NCBI GenBank assembly: GCA_028534125.1
Contig: CM052816.1
Span: 1,302,001 to 1,366,000, forward strand
Direction: 5' to 3'
Length of the DNA stretch: 64,000 nt
Origin: Lama glama
Taxonomy: Eukaryota
Shown here in pieces: positions 21,303 to 33,189 of the stretch. Position 1 is the stretch's first letter, and the number at the start of each line of letters is the position of its first letter. The notes below the pieces were generated by a model. The model had not been told where the DNA came from and searched no databases. It worked only from the letters and a program-made list of their open reading frames with translations. The position numbers were made by a program, and so were the translations under genes.

Positions 21303-24300
21303 ATCAACTAAATCCAAATTATTTGTGTGTGTTTCTCAAAAAGCCTTGAAAAATTTCAAGATGGTAGAAAACTATACTTTGTAATAGTGTATAGAGGAGG
21401 TGAAAAATCACTTTTTCCTATTTGCCCTATCAGGGAATGTATAATGAGTGTAGATAAAATTCAAGTAAGTGATTAATCAGTATATTGTAAAAATGAGGCT
21501 TTGTAGTAGAGGTCTGATATGCTTCTAGATTTGAGGCCCTGCTCCCACTTTCTCATAAATGCATGGGTTTTAATTTTTTCAATCTCATTTTTTTCAAATG
21601 ACTTTTTTCATTAAAAATTTTTTAGCCATAATAATTAATTTTCACCATATAGTTTTTTTTTTTAACATTTGCGTAGATAGAACCAGTCTCTTTTCTGCTT
21701 GGTATTCTGCCTCAGGTATCATTGCTTTTGGGGCCCATAACTTAGCCGACATGGTTCATCTGTCCCTAAGATTTGAGTTCTTACTTACCATTTTTAGCTT
21801 TGTATTGTTGGTGAAAATTCTGATGGATTGCCTGTGGAGGCACTTTTGTCCCAAGATTTTTTAAGTTGCTTTCATATTTTTTTGTGTCTAAATTTTTAAA
21901 TTTGGTATGTCAGCTTGACACTTGGAAACTTAGGACTTTCAAAGAGAGCAAATTTTTGTGGATTTCTAGGTAAGCCAATTTGAAATCTCAGTTACTGTGG
22001 AATTAAATAAGAAAATGGAGATAGAAAATCAATAGTCTTCTGTCAGCTTCCTTAAGGTCACGGGCTTCTGTGACTATGTACGAGTTTCTGCAAAAGCAAG
22101 TAGAATGTCTTCTGGGGAACTCAGTCAATGCTTTTTGATTATAATAAACACACAATTAAAAAAAGATGTTTCACCTGAATAGAACATATTCTTTCCTGCA
22201 AACAGAAACAACTATACTATCTTAAAAATTCTTTGATTATAATAGGTTGAAAGATGCTCAGTGTGATTGAGGGGGTCTTAAAGAGTTTTCCAAGTATTTG
22301 TTTCAGATTAACGAATTTATTCACTTAGATATTTTTGAAAGTTTGAAATCTAAGGTTCAGAAAGATTTAAACGAGGCAGAGCAAAAAGTTAAAATATGTA
22401 ATTCCAAGGTTTTGTGTAACGATCCAGGTGAGTTTTCTGTTAACATAGTGGTTTTGACAGTGATTATTACATAGTCAAGTGGTTGGACATACATGCTCTG
22501 GTGGCATAAACCAAATTTGATTTGTTTCAGAAGCCATGGGAAAGAAGAAAAAATAGTAAAATCATGATTGTTGAGTACAAAAGGAACAATTTGATACAGT
22601 CCATACTTCTAAGGAAAAAGTTGAAGCATAATCACAAATGTGCACCATCTCTAATTATGCCAAATAATCCCTCAGTTTCAAACCAGCAGTCTGGCATATT
22701 TCATCTGAAGTTTCAATAGGGAAAAAAGTTTTAAAGAATTTCTCTAATCTTCAGATGAACTATGTATTCTTAACACGAATCCAGTTGCTGCAAACAGAAT
22801 GATGTTTTATTCAAATAGAAGTTTCTTAAGTAGCTGAGATACAGTTGTCCAGTATCTACTGTGGATGGACATAGAGATGAAGTGGGTAATTGCAGCCATT
22901 TTTCTTTTACATTCCTCTAAGGAAAAAAAAAAGCACTCCTTATATGGACATAACCAAATGGGCAATTTTTTTCTTTCTTGTAGAGAGAAAACCAGGCTTA
23001 AGCCAAATGTCTAGCGGTCTAAGAAAAGTGGCGAGAACCGGATTAGCAAGGGGGAGAAACGAAGGGAAGAAAGAACTGAAAGCTGAAGAGATCTTTTATT
23101 TCTAGACGTCTTCAGGAATGTAAAGCGTCAGTGTTTTTCCCTTTTAGTTTTCTAGAACTTATAGACCCCAAAGAGTCTGGTCTATAAACCTGGGGCTCTT
23201 TAGATGTGGAACCAGAGACCTAAAAGAGCAGAGAAACAAAGTCAGGTTCGCTAGTCTGACGCCCATTTGCAAGACGATGATGGTGTGTCCTGCCCAACTT
23301 GGTTTTGATGGGAAAAATCTGTAAGTAATTTTAGATTGTTACCAAGAAAAGACAGGACAGACAGAAATACAGATAGGAGGGTGGACTCGAGGCAAAGGAT
23401 GTGGACCTTAACTAAAATCAGCTAAATCAGTGTATATCTTCATTAGCGGGTCAGTTTCTAATTTACAAGATACTGAGTTGCAACCCTATTTGAGTAGGTT
23501 GTCTGCATTGTTGGTTACATGGAAGAAAAGGTACACATTTCCATTTATAGACATACATTCTTTTATGTAGAGTAGCTGAGTTGGGAATTGGAAATTCCTT
23601 AAGAAACCTATAATTTGGATCTAAAATTAGATTTTCCCTTTTAAGTTGTGAATTTTTTCTACAGTTTGTGCTACACTGGTTCACATTTGTTGCTTCTATA
23701 GATCAGAGAAGAGACTGGCAAATGTCTAGAAAAGTGGATAATGTTTTAAGTCAGGACATTGTTTTGATTTTGGGCCCAGTGATGGCCTCCAGTAGGGAAT
23801 TTGCCAGAGAGAATTCTGAAGACCCAATTTCTAAGTTGGGACAAATTTAGTGTTTGCTTTGGGATTGTACTAATATGGTTGCTATTAAAACAATCTCTAA
23901 TTGAGATGCTTGCTGGAGGGAATTCAGAAATAGAACGGGAGGCTGGTGCCATGCCAACTGCCAGGAGAAGTCAGACAGCTCGGCTGCCTTAATTACTTCT
24001 ACCTGCTTCTGACTTGGTTACGAGGCTCTTCACAGTCTGTATTTACAGTTCGTGTCCACTTACTACACTGCTTCATTCAACAAAGAGTGAACAGAATTAA
24101 AAGCTGAAAGCGTTAGCAATTCCAGTCGTAGGGGTCTGGACGATCTGCAGAGTTTGTTTTCCAGGAAGCCTTGGGGTCTTTGCCATGGACACTAAAGGCA
24201 GACGAGAAACAGCTCAACTCTTTCTTGCTTAATCTTTTCTCAAGTAAGAGACTTCACATTTATAGACTCAAACAGGTTTTTTTTTTTCCTTTTTCTTTTT

Positions 24301-24399
24301 TTCTTTTTACTTTCCTTCTGACGAGGTGGAAATCATTATTTCCTTCATGTTAGTAGAGCAGTGTAATTTGCTGGTTTGGCTTTTTTTTTTTTTGTATTT

Positions 24400-24520
24400 A
24401 AAAATTGTCGCTTAATATACCAAACACAAAATTTACCATTTAAGCCATTTTTTAAAGTGTACAGTTGTGTGGCATTAAGCACCTCCACATTGTTGGGTAG
24501 TTGGCACTGCCATCCATTTG
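24400..24520 (-). mobile_element. Old L1 3'-end fragment
   Basis: 'aaaatttaccatttaagccattttttaaagtgtacagttgtgtggcattaagcacctccacattgttg'. Confidence 0.6.
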
Positions 24521-25084
24521 TAATTTGGTTTTTGATAGAAATCTTTTAAGTTTGGATAGGACTGTCCTCGAAGGTGTTTGGAAATTTGGTCACAGGCGTG
24601 TCTGTCTTGGTCTAGCACTGTGATTGGCACGTGGTGCTGGAAGCCTGGTTTCCTGCAGTGCTTTGCAGTCAGCACTGCGGCTGACGATTCCCGCGTCCTT
24701 AGCGACTCACCGCCTCCTGGTGACAGTCTTAGGCCAGTTAGTATGACTGCATTTACCTATTAAGTGCTCCTAAGAGTAGGTTTTAGGGTAAAACCGTTAC
24801 TTCCTAGTGACAGAAACAGTTGTTTTGGACAATTTTATGAACGTGGAAGCCGTTTAGATGATTTTCATAATGGAATTTGTTTCCAAAACTTAAAGTATTT
24901 ACATACCATCACACTCTACCATATTTTATAATATTCATACCATTTTCCCACTCCTTATGCCAGTACAATCCTTGGAAAAAATACACCTTGACATACATAG
25001 ATAATTCTATTAAAATTGTAAGGTCATTTCGTGTACCATACTTTGGTAGGAAATACTGAAATAATTTACCTTTTTCTTTTTTTA

Positions 25085-25217
25085 AGGTTTTTTTTGGTGG
25101 GGGGAGGTAATTAGGTTTATTTATTTATTTGTACTTTTTGAGGGAGGTACTGGGGATTGAACCCAGAACCTCATGCATGCGAGGCCACACGCTCTACCAC
25201 TGAGCTGTACCCTCCCC
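25085..25217 (-). mobile_element. tRNA-Ala-derived SINE (camelid vic-1-like)
   Basis: Reverse complement reads 'ggggagggtacagctcagtggtagagcgtgtggcctcgcatgcatgaggttctgggttcaatccccagtacctcc...aaataaataaacctaattacctcccc'. Confidence 0.85.
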
Positions 25218-26229
25218 TCAGTTTACTTTTATATTGTTCCTTTAAATCCATTTTGGATAGACTGAGTCAAATTTTAGTGCATCTAAATAATCTCTGGAAA
25301 AAAACTGCCAAACTTGAATTTTTTTCTCATAGAGCCTATGTTATGCTGGCATAAATTAAAGATTTGTCATGGGGACATGTAAAGGAAAAAAAAATTCTCA
25401 TTCTTCAACTCAGTAAATTACATGGCTGTAGTATAGATGTCATCTAACTTGTGGGCCTTCTTTTGTTGGACACTTCGGCTTATAAAACAATTTCATAAAA
25501 CTTTGTTGAAAACTGACCAGTTTTTCTGGAAATTTTTCTTAAAACTTGGTTTAAACATGAATTAAATATTTTTTCTTTAAATTCCTGATTATTTTTGTAA
25601 GGGCTCCTGAAAAAGAAGTTTAAAACACAGCTATTATTTAAATATGGAATTTTCCTTGTATCATAAGGATGTGACGGTTAACCTCCTTTTCATTGCACTA
25701 GAATCATAGAAATCTTTCCAGAAACCTGATTTAAAACTCCTTATAATTTTTTCTGTCCTAGTGCGGGTATCTAGAAGGGAAACCAGATACTCCATAGCCA
25801 GAGTGTTAAGGCTGTGTCATCATCAAATGTTTTTCCTTTTCATGTAAACTAAAAGGCTTGTAATTATAACGTATCAAGTTTTAGCGAGGGCTTGTGTTTT
25901 GGTTTTTAAGTAGGATAATTTTATAACTCGGTGTCCCTCACTTAGTTCTCTGTGGCACAAAGATTCACTTAAAAGCTACTGAAAAAGCTGGGGAGGAGTA
26001 ACCTCCCCCCCCCAGGTAAAATGGCAGGTGTCTTTGCCTGCCTGGGGAGGCTTTTTGTGGAAGTGAGAGAGGATCACCCCGTGTAAACGACAGAAATGGG
26101 TGGGGAGGAGGATAACTTGCCAGTGATGCAGGTGAGCAGGCGCACTCGTTAACATTTTTGCACAAACAGTGCTCAGTGTCCGTCTTACTGAGCAGAGTCC
26201 TTCTGTTCCACTTTTCAGGCACGTGGCGG

Positions 26230-26430
26230 AAAGGATAGGCTCTTGAGCCAGATTTCCTAGTTTCAAAGTCTGACTTGGATCTGCCACTCACGAGCTGTGT
26301 GGTCTTAGGCAGGTTACCTCCATGTCATCATCCGTGACGTGGGCGAGGGTAATAGCACCTCCTCGGAAGGTAACGGAGAGTTTAAATGATGATGAAAGCG
26401 ACACTGTCTGGCACAGGACTGAACTACTTG
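26230..26430 (+). mobile_element. MIR SINE
   Basis: 'gagccagatttcctagtttcaaagtctgac...gccactcacgagctgtgtggtcttaggcaggttac...taatagcacctcctc...ttaaatga...ctggcacag'. Confidence 0.65.
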
Positions 26431-28945
26431 CTGTCATGACCACAGCTGCCACTTGCCGTACGCGGCACAAAAGCTTCCTTCGGGTAGCTTTTGGTAGTGT
26501 CTGTCTGCAGCGTACACTCAGTGTAAATGAAAAACAAGCTGTAGCACTGTTATTCTTACCTGAAAATTCCACCAGGCATTTGTGGAGGGTGCCTGGGGGT
26601 TTATGGTGAGGGGAGAAGTGCATTCAAATATTTCAACTTTTGCGTGAGGAAGAGTAATTCCATCGATGCAGACATTCAGGTACTGACTACCAGTCCCCAT
26701 CCTCGAAGCCTGGCGCACCCACATCCTCTCAAAGGCGTGAGCGGTGTCTGAGCCGGTGGGGCCCGTGGAGAGGCCCCGAGGCATTTCTAAAGGTACCAGA
26801 GGCACAGGGCTGTACCTGGCAGCTTTGGCGTGGTGACAAGTAGCTGGTTTGTACGGGTGCTGTTTCCTGGAACCTGGTGTTTTATTATTTCAGTATTTTG
26901 CCAAAAGGTGAAAAAGTGGACATTAATTGGAACATTCCTTTTTATTGCCACTGGTATGATTGCATAGCAGATGGTGTCCCATTTCTAGGAGGGAAATACC
27001 TCACATTCCAAGGCCTTGATCTGTGCGCGCCGTGGCCGTATTTTCCAGGGGGTGGTCATTTCTACCCATAGCTCGTTTTTGACGTGCGGCCGATTACAAA
27101 TCAAGGATTTCCCCTTGCAGCTTCATTTTCAGGAGGGACTCTGGCAGTGGCACGTCTCGGTGTGAGTTCTGGTATGCTGGAAAGAACTTTGTGCAGTTGG
27201 TCTAAAACCCTAGAAAAAGAACTGGTTACAGAAATAGCACGAAGGCTAGAAAAACAGGGTGTCTCTTGTGAAATGAGGCGCGATCGATGCTTCCCTCCTT
27301 GGTCATGTGTTGTGCTGCGCTGGGTTAAGAGAATCTTTATATTGCATGTTCAGCGAGACAAGGCAAGAGGTATATGTACGTGATTTCAATTCTTTAGTTT
27401 TTAATTCCGGGCTTCGCACTAAGGCTGTGACCTCTTCTACTTCGTTCATGCTCTAAAGGGGAGACTGAATGCTGACTCACTCTGTTGTGATTTGCCCTTT
27501 AAATCTCTGCTGCCTCCCAGGAATGGTGGCCATTGCTGCATGTAAGCTTTCTTTTAAAGGACAGAATAAGTAACTTCCAGGGAAATTGCTGCCTTTCATG
27601 AGGGTAGCCTTCCTTTTACCGCCTCACTGCCAGGGCTCCCTGGCTCTTCCTCATGGATCCTGTTCGTTTCTAAAGAAGAATCTTGAGACCCTTAAAAGCA
27701 CTGAAGGGAAGTTCACCTCAAACATGAGTGCAGAAGACGCGCGGGCCCGGCTCTGTGGCCGGAGCCCTCACGTGCTAATGTTCTACACGGCATTTCTGGG
27801 CACTGGGTGGGGAGCTGCACAGGGAAGTAAGATTCTCTGATGCACCGTCTTGACTCTCCTCTTGCCTAGAACTGAAAAGGAGAGCCTTTAGAATGGTTGC
27901 TGAAACCCAGGTTTTACCGATGGAGGGCGAGGTTCAAAAGATAAATTCTTGTGCATTCATGTTCTTTTTTCTTGTGTGATTGCTGTTGGGTTATAGCTAA
28001 GAGTATATTTAAGTTTTGCCATGAACAAAAGGGTAAATAACCTCATTTAAAAAATTGTTCTCTGAATTAAATTCAGAAGTAATCATTTGTATATAGATCA
28101 GTTGTATGAAATTTCCCCTTTTCAGTGTCAGAGAAGCCTTAAGGTTTTGATTATGTGCTACTGTTTCTAATTTAGCATTTAAAAATATTTTATTATATGG
28201 ATTGAACATTATCTAAATCAGTGATCCCAGAGTTGACTACGCTGACGTGGTAATGAGTTGTTCCTTACGCGTTCTGCACTTCAAGCAGGGAAGCAAGGAA
28301 ACGAGCAAATGGGTTAAACAACACGGCTTCAAGGACAGTCCTTCACTTGAACTGTACTTTGAAGTCTGCGCTGAAAGCCAAAGTGAGAAAGCTTACCTTG
28401 TCAAACCTATTTCAAGCAGGTGTTACTTCACAGTAAGTTCAGGTCTGAGTGTTACGCACAGGGGCCACCGGCATTCAAGGAGAAAGGGACGCAGGCAGTT
28501 CGCGTCATTCTTCAAAACGGTCTCTGAGCGCACTGATACGGTGCAGATAGGGGTGAGGACTTCGGCCGCTGCTGAATACCGAGCCGATCAGGACTACGCC
28601 AGCGCTGGGCTGGGGCCAGGCTAGCACAGATTTTTTGTCAGGAGCATTACGTGTGAGCTAGCGCTGGAGGGCAGCGTCCTGTGAGCCTTAAGGCATTGTG
28701 CTGCTCCGCTGACTCGGGCTGGAGCGTGCCCCCTCCTGGCCAAGACTGGTGTGCACACACCCTAAGTCTGTCCCGTTGGCACCAGAGCTTCACGTTTTGT
28801 GAGGCCAGCAAGTTATCTAGAAAGAATTCATTATGAAAATTCAGCTGAATTTTGGTCTTATTTTTAAATTTTTTTTTTGTAAAATGGATGAAAAAGAACT
28901 CGAATGACTGCTCTATTTTTGTTAACTTGGTTTTTTCTACCATAG

Positions 28946-29065
28946 GTCTCAACAAATGGCAGCTATTACATCAGACAGTGACGAGTCCTGCTGCTCCCTT
29001 ACAGTGTCTGACAGACCACTGTGGATTCAGACTGGGAGCATTGAAGTTAACAGTGAGACGGGCAG
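28946..29065 (+). CDS. PWWP2A: PWWP2A alternative cassette exon (120 nt, frame-preserving, phase 1-1)
   Basis: Acceptor ttttttctaccatag|GT and donor GCAG|gtctgt; encodes GLNKWQLLHQTVTSPAAPLQCLTDHCGFRLGALKLTVRRA without stops; gives a 560-aa isoform, the size I recall for a human isoform. Confidence 0.75.
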
Positions 29066-31378
29066 GTCTGTCTGTGCTAAGCCCTGCCACAGAGTGAAGA
29101 GGGCGTCATGTCATCACTCCCGCCCCCGAAGTAGCTCAGGCTAGATGTAAACGAACGCGCTAGTTCTCTTTCCTCCGTTTTCACTGACCTTGGTAGCTGG
29201 GTGCGCCTCATGTAAGTGCCAGTTATAGTAAGTGGAATTAACTTTTCATTGCTGTTACCTGCTGTGTGGAAGGAAACCAAAGCCCACCGCCCGTGAGCCT
29301 CTGAGCCGGGAGGAGCGGCTCCCAGCGTGGGAGAGGCTGGGGGCGGCCGGCAGGACTCCGTGGGAAGGCAGATAGTGCATTTCTGTCTCATTTCACTACC
29401 TCAGTCTTTCTTTGTCACTTTTATATTCATTATTTTAACTTCTTAGATAGTCATTAATGTATGAGAGTATATATATTGTCTCCATAGATATTCTTAGTGA
29501 ATTAAATCAACCCAAGTCAAGATTCAGAGGGTGGCAAAAAGTAATGCTGAAATGTAGTTGTAATTATTTCTTTAAGCACACTGACTCAGACCTCCTGGGA
29601 TAACGCCTGGATGGCTTATTCTGGGCTCTTACGTGACAGGGAAGGTTTAGGGGTTTTGCTGTCATTGCTGCTTTGGACTTGGGATCTTTTTGGCTTCCTT
29701 GAATGAAGGCCCTTCACCCTCTGGCGTGTGAAGAGCTGTAACTGGGCCGCATCACTGCCCGGGAGCTGAGCCTGCAAGCTGGCTGAGGATGGCACATTTC
29801 GAGTCAGACCTTGAGGCTGGGCTGTTTGGGACTCTTACCTGCACAGGCGTGGTAGCTGCCCTTGTGGTGGTCTCACCATTTTGTTTTCGGCATCTCCCAC
29901 AAGAATAGTAAGATCTGCGCCCATCCTTGGCTTTCCCGCCAACTTGAACAGGCCTCACTAAGGCTGAAGCCAAAGACTGAGAGTCATAATAAACAGAAGG
30001 AAGTGGAATTGCACATGGGATTGGCTGTTGATGTTTTTTCCTTTCAGTTTATAAAATGGTGACATTTACTTCCAAAGTTCTGTGTGAGTCTAAATTTATT
30101 AGTAGTATTATATTAGTGTAATATCTTAGTTTTAGAAAATTAACTCTTCCTAGCTCAGTGTCAGATTTTAAAATTGTTAATCATTCTGCTGCTTTAGTGA
30201 TGAAGGACTGCATTCAGTTTCCATTTTGATGTGTGCAGTATTTACAGCTAGAAGTCACTTTTCATTGCTTAAGAAGAACTGCTAGGAAGCCCCGTGAACT
30301 TAACAGTCCTGGACCCACAAGCGAGTGACGCAGGGCAGCACTGGAAGTTCTGAGTGCCATCAGAGACTGGGGAATGCAGCTCATCTGAAACATTTGAAAG
30401 TTAAACACTGGGAGGATGGGGTTGGTTTTTCTTTTTTTCCTTTTTTGCATTGTTTGTTTTGCCTGTTATTTCACTGAAGGTAACCACATCTTTGGTTTAA
30501 GAATACATCTGACTGAAAAAAATCATCCTCTCCACGGGTCACGTCTTCTGGGATTCAAACTCTTATTGGTCCTTAGGCGCCCAGGTTTGCGAGGCGTGAC
30601 CAGGGACCGTAGAGGGTTTCAGTGGGATTCGTACCACTTCTTGGTATCAGAGGGTGGTCGGTAATGTTGGGCATCCTGGTCATGCTGCTTGGCAGTAAGT
30701 TTTACATAAGCCTTGTCCTTTATGAGTGTTCTGCTCAGAGTCCTGCTTTTGGTTGGTGGTGTGGTGCAGAGTGCCTCTGCTGATACTCTGGCTTGCTGGT
30801 GTAACGAGGGACACTGTGTAATCCAACCAGTGTGCAGAAACTGCCTTTATAGCAGTTATGCTGCCTTTGGTGCCTTCTAACGTGCCGTGTGTCTCCCTCT
30901 GGGGACGCACCCTCCAGCCCCTCTTTTTCGCTCCTGCCCATGTGCAGACAGTGTAACCTGCAGCCGAGTCTGACGCAGCCTGATTTTGTGTAGAACTTTG
31001 CTTGCTAGAGGGAGGCTGCTGGTGTGTTTCACAGTCCACACAGCAGCTCAGGCAGCTTCTCATAAACAAATTATTTTACAAAATACGCTCAAGTGCAGAT
31101 TGACTATGTGAAGGTGACAACCATTTTATTTGTGCTGGAATTTGGCTGGATTACTTCAGAGATAACACGAATGCTTCTGCTGGTTTAGAGCGGTAGTAAG
31201 TTGTTTTCTCAAAACGAACACAAAAAAAGCCATTGGTCAAGTTTAACTGATTTAAAAGAAAAAAGTCAGATGTGATCCCACAGTCTATATAGGGCTCAGT
31301 TTAAACCAGGACAGCGTCTTCCTCATATAAGTACTTGTGCTTAACTGCATTTTCTTCCTTTTCTTTACTATATTTCAG

Positions 31379-31392
31379 CACAGAGACATTAG
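31379..31392 (+). CDS. PWWP2A: PWWP2A alternative terminal exon, coding part (AQRH-stop), followed by a 3' UTR of about 1.2 kb
   Basis: Branch-point-like ttaac and long polypyrimidine tract then cag|CACAGAGACATTAG; phase 1; gives 520 aa (cassette skipped) or 560 aa. Confidence 0.75.
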
Positions 31393-32598
31393 CAGGCCGC
31401 TTGTTTCATCGGACCTGTACCACAATGACACAGAACACCTGAGCGTCAGGACTGAAATGAAATTGGAGACTCAGATTTTTAAAGCTGCACTAAGAAGTTA
31501 ATGTTCAGGCAGTGGTTAAAACCAAGTCTATAATGGGGCACTTGCAAACCGTGCTGTATTAAACTGAAGAAAAGGTATTAGGGGAATATTTTATAAAAAG
31601 TAAACTATTGCAATAAGTTATGCATCAGATGAGAAGAGCGATGTGAGATACGCAAAGACCTCTCTCGAATTTTACGTATGAAGAATCACTGACAGTAACT
31701 TCTTTTGAACGTGAAGTCCTTTTCAGTACAGCCTTGGACAGGCCTAAAAGGCATGGGATGTTGACAGAAACGCTGAATTATTTGTCATACAAAAACTGCT
31801 TTCTCCGAGGTTTATGTTCATTAGTTCAGCTATGAACTAAGATAATTTCTAAAACGGCTCTCCTGTGAAACAGCAATAGTCGCAAACGCCGAGGCCAGTG
31901 AGCCCACCAGGGTGTCAGTGGGATCAGCAGGAAAGATGACCGAACATCCTACAGGGATGGCAGTGCCCCACCCCCCACCCCGCCAAGAACATTTGCATCT
32001 TTTCTTCAGTGAAGCAGGGCCAGGGCTATATTATCTTAAATACACGTTTGCTTGTTAGATCATATTAAGATGTATTTATTTGCCACCAGTATTTAACGTT
32101 TTGTGCACATTTTCATGACTACATTCTTATCTTTCAAATTCTGACTCAAAGTGGATAGGCTAGTGTTGATCTTGGAGTGAAAATATACTGAGAGCGAGTC
32201 TTAATCCTACTGCGCTGGAGAGGCGTTTGAGCTTCTCCCTGTCCTTACTGATTTGGTCTAGTTCAGGAAAGGTGACAATGTCTGAATTGTCTGACCTCTC
32301 TCCACAGAGAGCTCCTCTTTCTAAGTGCAAGAAATTCTCGCAGGTGTCAGTGCGACTTGACCCTGGGGAACAAACAGCAGGAAGCAGACCCATAAGGACA
32401 GTGAACGTCTCACGCATGGCATATGAATTCTCATTAATGGAGGCCGTCATGTTTTTGATTCTGGAAAATACATGTTATGAAAAAAACCTTAGTTTTTCTT
32501 TTTTAATGAATGGAGAAAACATTAATGAGACAAGCAGATGGTCCTGTTAGTACTACCATTTTTAAGGCTTTTATATTTGATGGTGCAGTGCTTTTAAT

Positions 32599-32604
32599 AA
32601 TAAA
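32599..32604 (+). terminator. PWWP2A: Candidate polyadenylation signal of the short PWWP2A isoforms (a second AATAAA lies at 33944)
   Basis: AATAAA in AU-rich context followed by 'gttttttagtgg'. Confidence 0.55.
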
Positions 32605-32689
32605 ACTAAAGTTTTTTAGTGGCAATACTGATTTATTTTTTAAACCAGAAAGATAATCCATATTGATTACTTAATACAAAAAAAAAAAA

Positions 32690-33189
32690 NNNNNNNNNNN
32701 NNNNNNNNNNNNNNNNNNNNNNNNNNNNNNNNNNNNNNNNNNNNNNNNNNNNNNNNNNNNNNNNNNNNNNNNNNNNNNNNNNNNNNNNNNNNNNNNNNNN
32801 NNNNNNNNNNNNNNNNNNNNNNNNNNNNNNNNNNNNNNNNNNNNNNNNNNNNNNNNNNNNNNNNNNNNNNNNNNNNNNNNNNNNNNNNNNNNNNNNNNNN
32901 NNNNNNNNNNNNNNNNNNNNNNNNNNNNNNNNNNNNNNNNNNNNNNNNNNNNNNNNNNNNNNNNNNNNNNNNNNNNNNNNNNNNNNNNNNNNNNNNNNNN
33001 NNNNNNNNNNNNNNNNNNNNNNNNNNNNNNNNNNNNNNNNNNNNNNNNNNNNNNNNNNNNNNNNNNNNNNNNNNNNNNNNNNNNNNNNNNNNNNNNNNNN
33101 NNNNNNNNNNNNNNNNNNNNNNNNNNNNNNNNNNNNNNNNNNNNNNNNNNNNNNNNNNNNNNNNNNNNNNNNNNNNNNNNNNNNNNNNN
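32690..33189. other. Assembly gap (500 N)
   Basis: Run of N preceded by an A-run. Confidence 1.
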
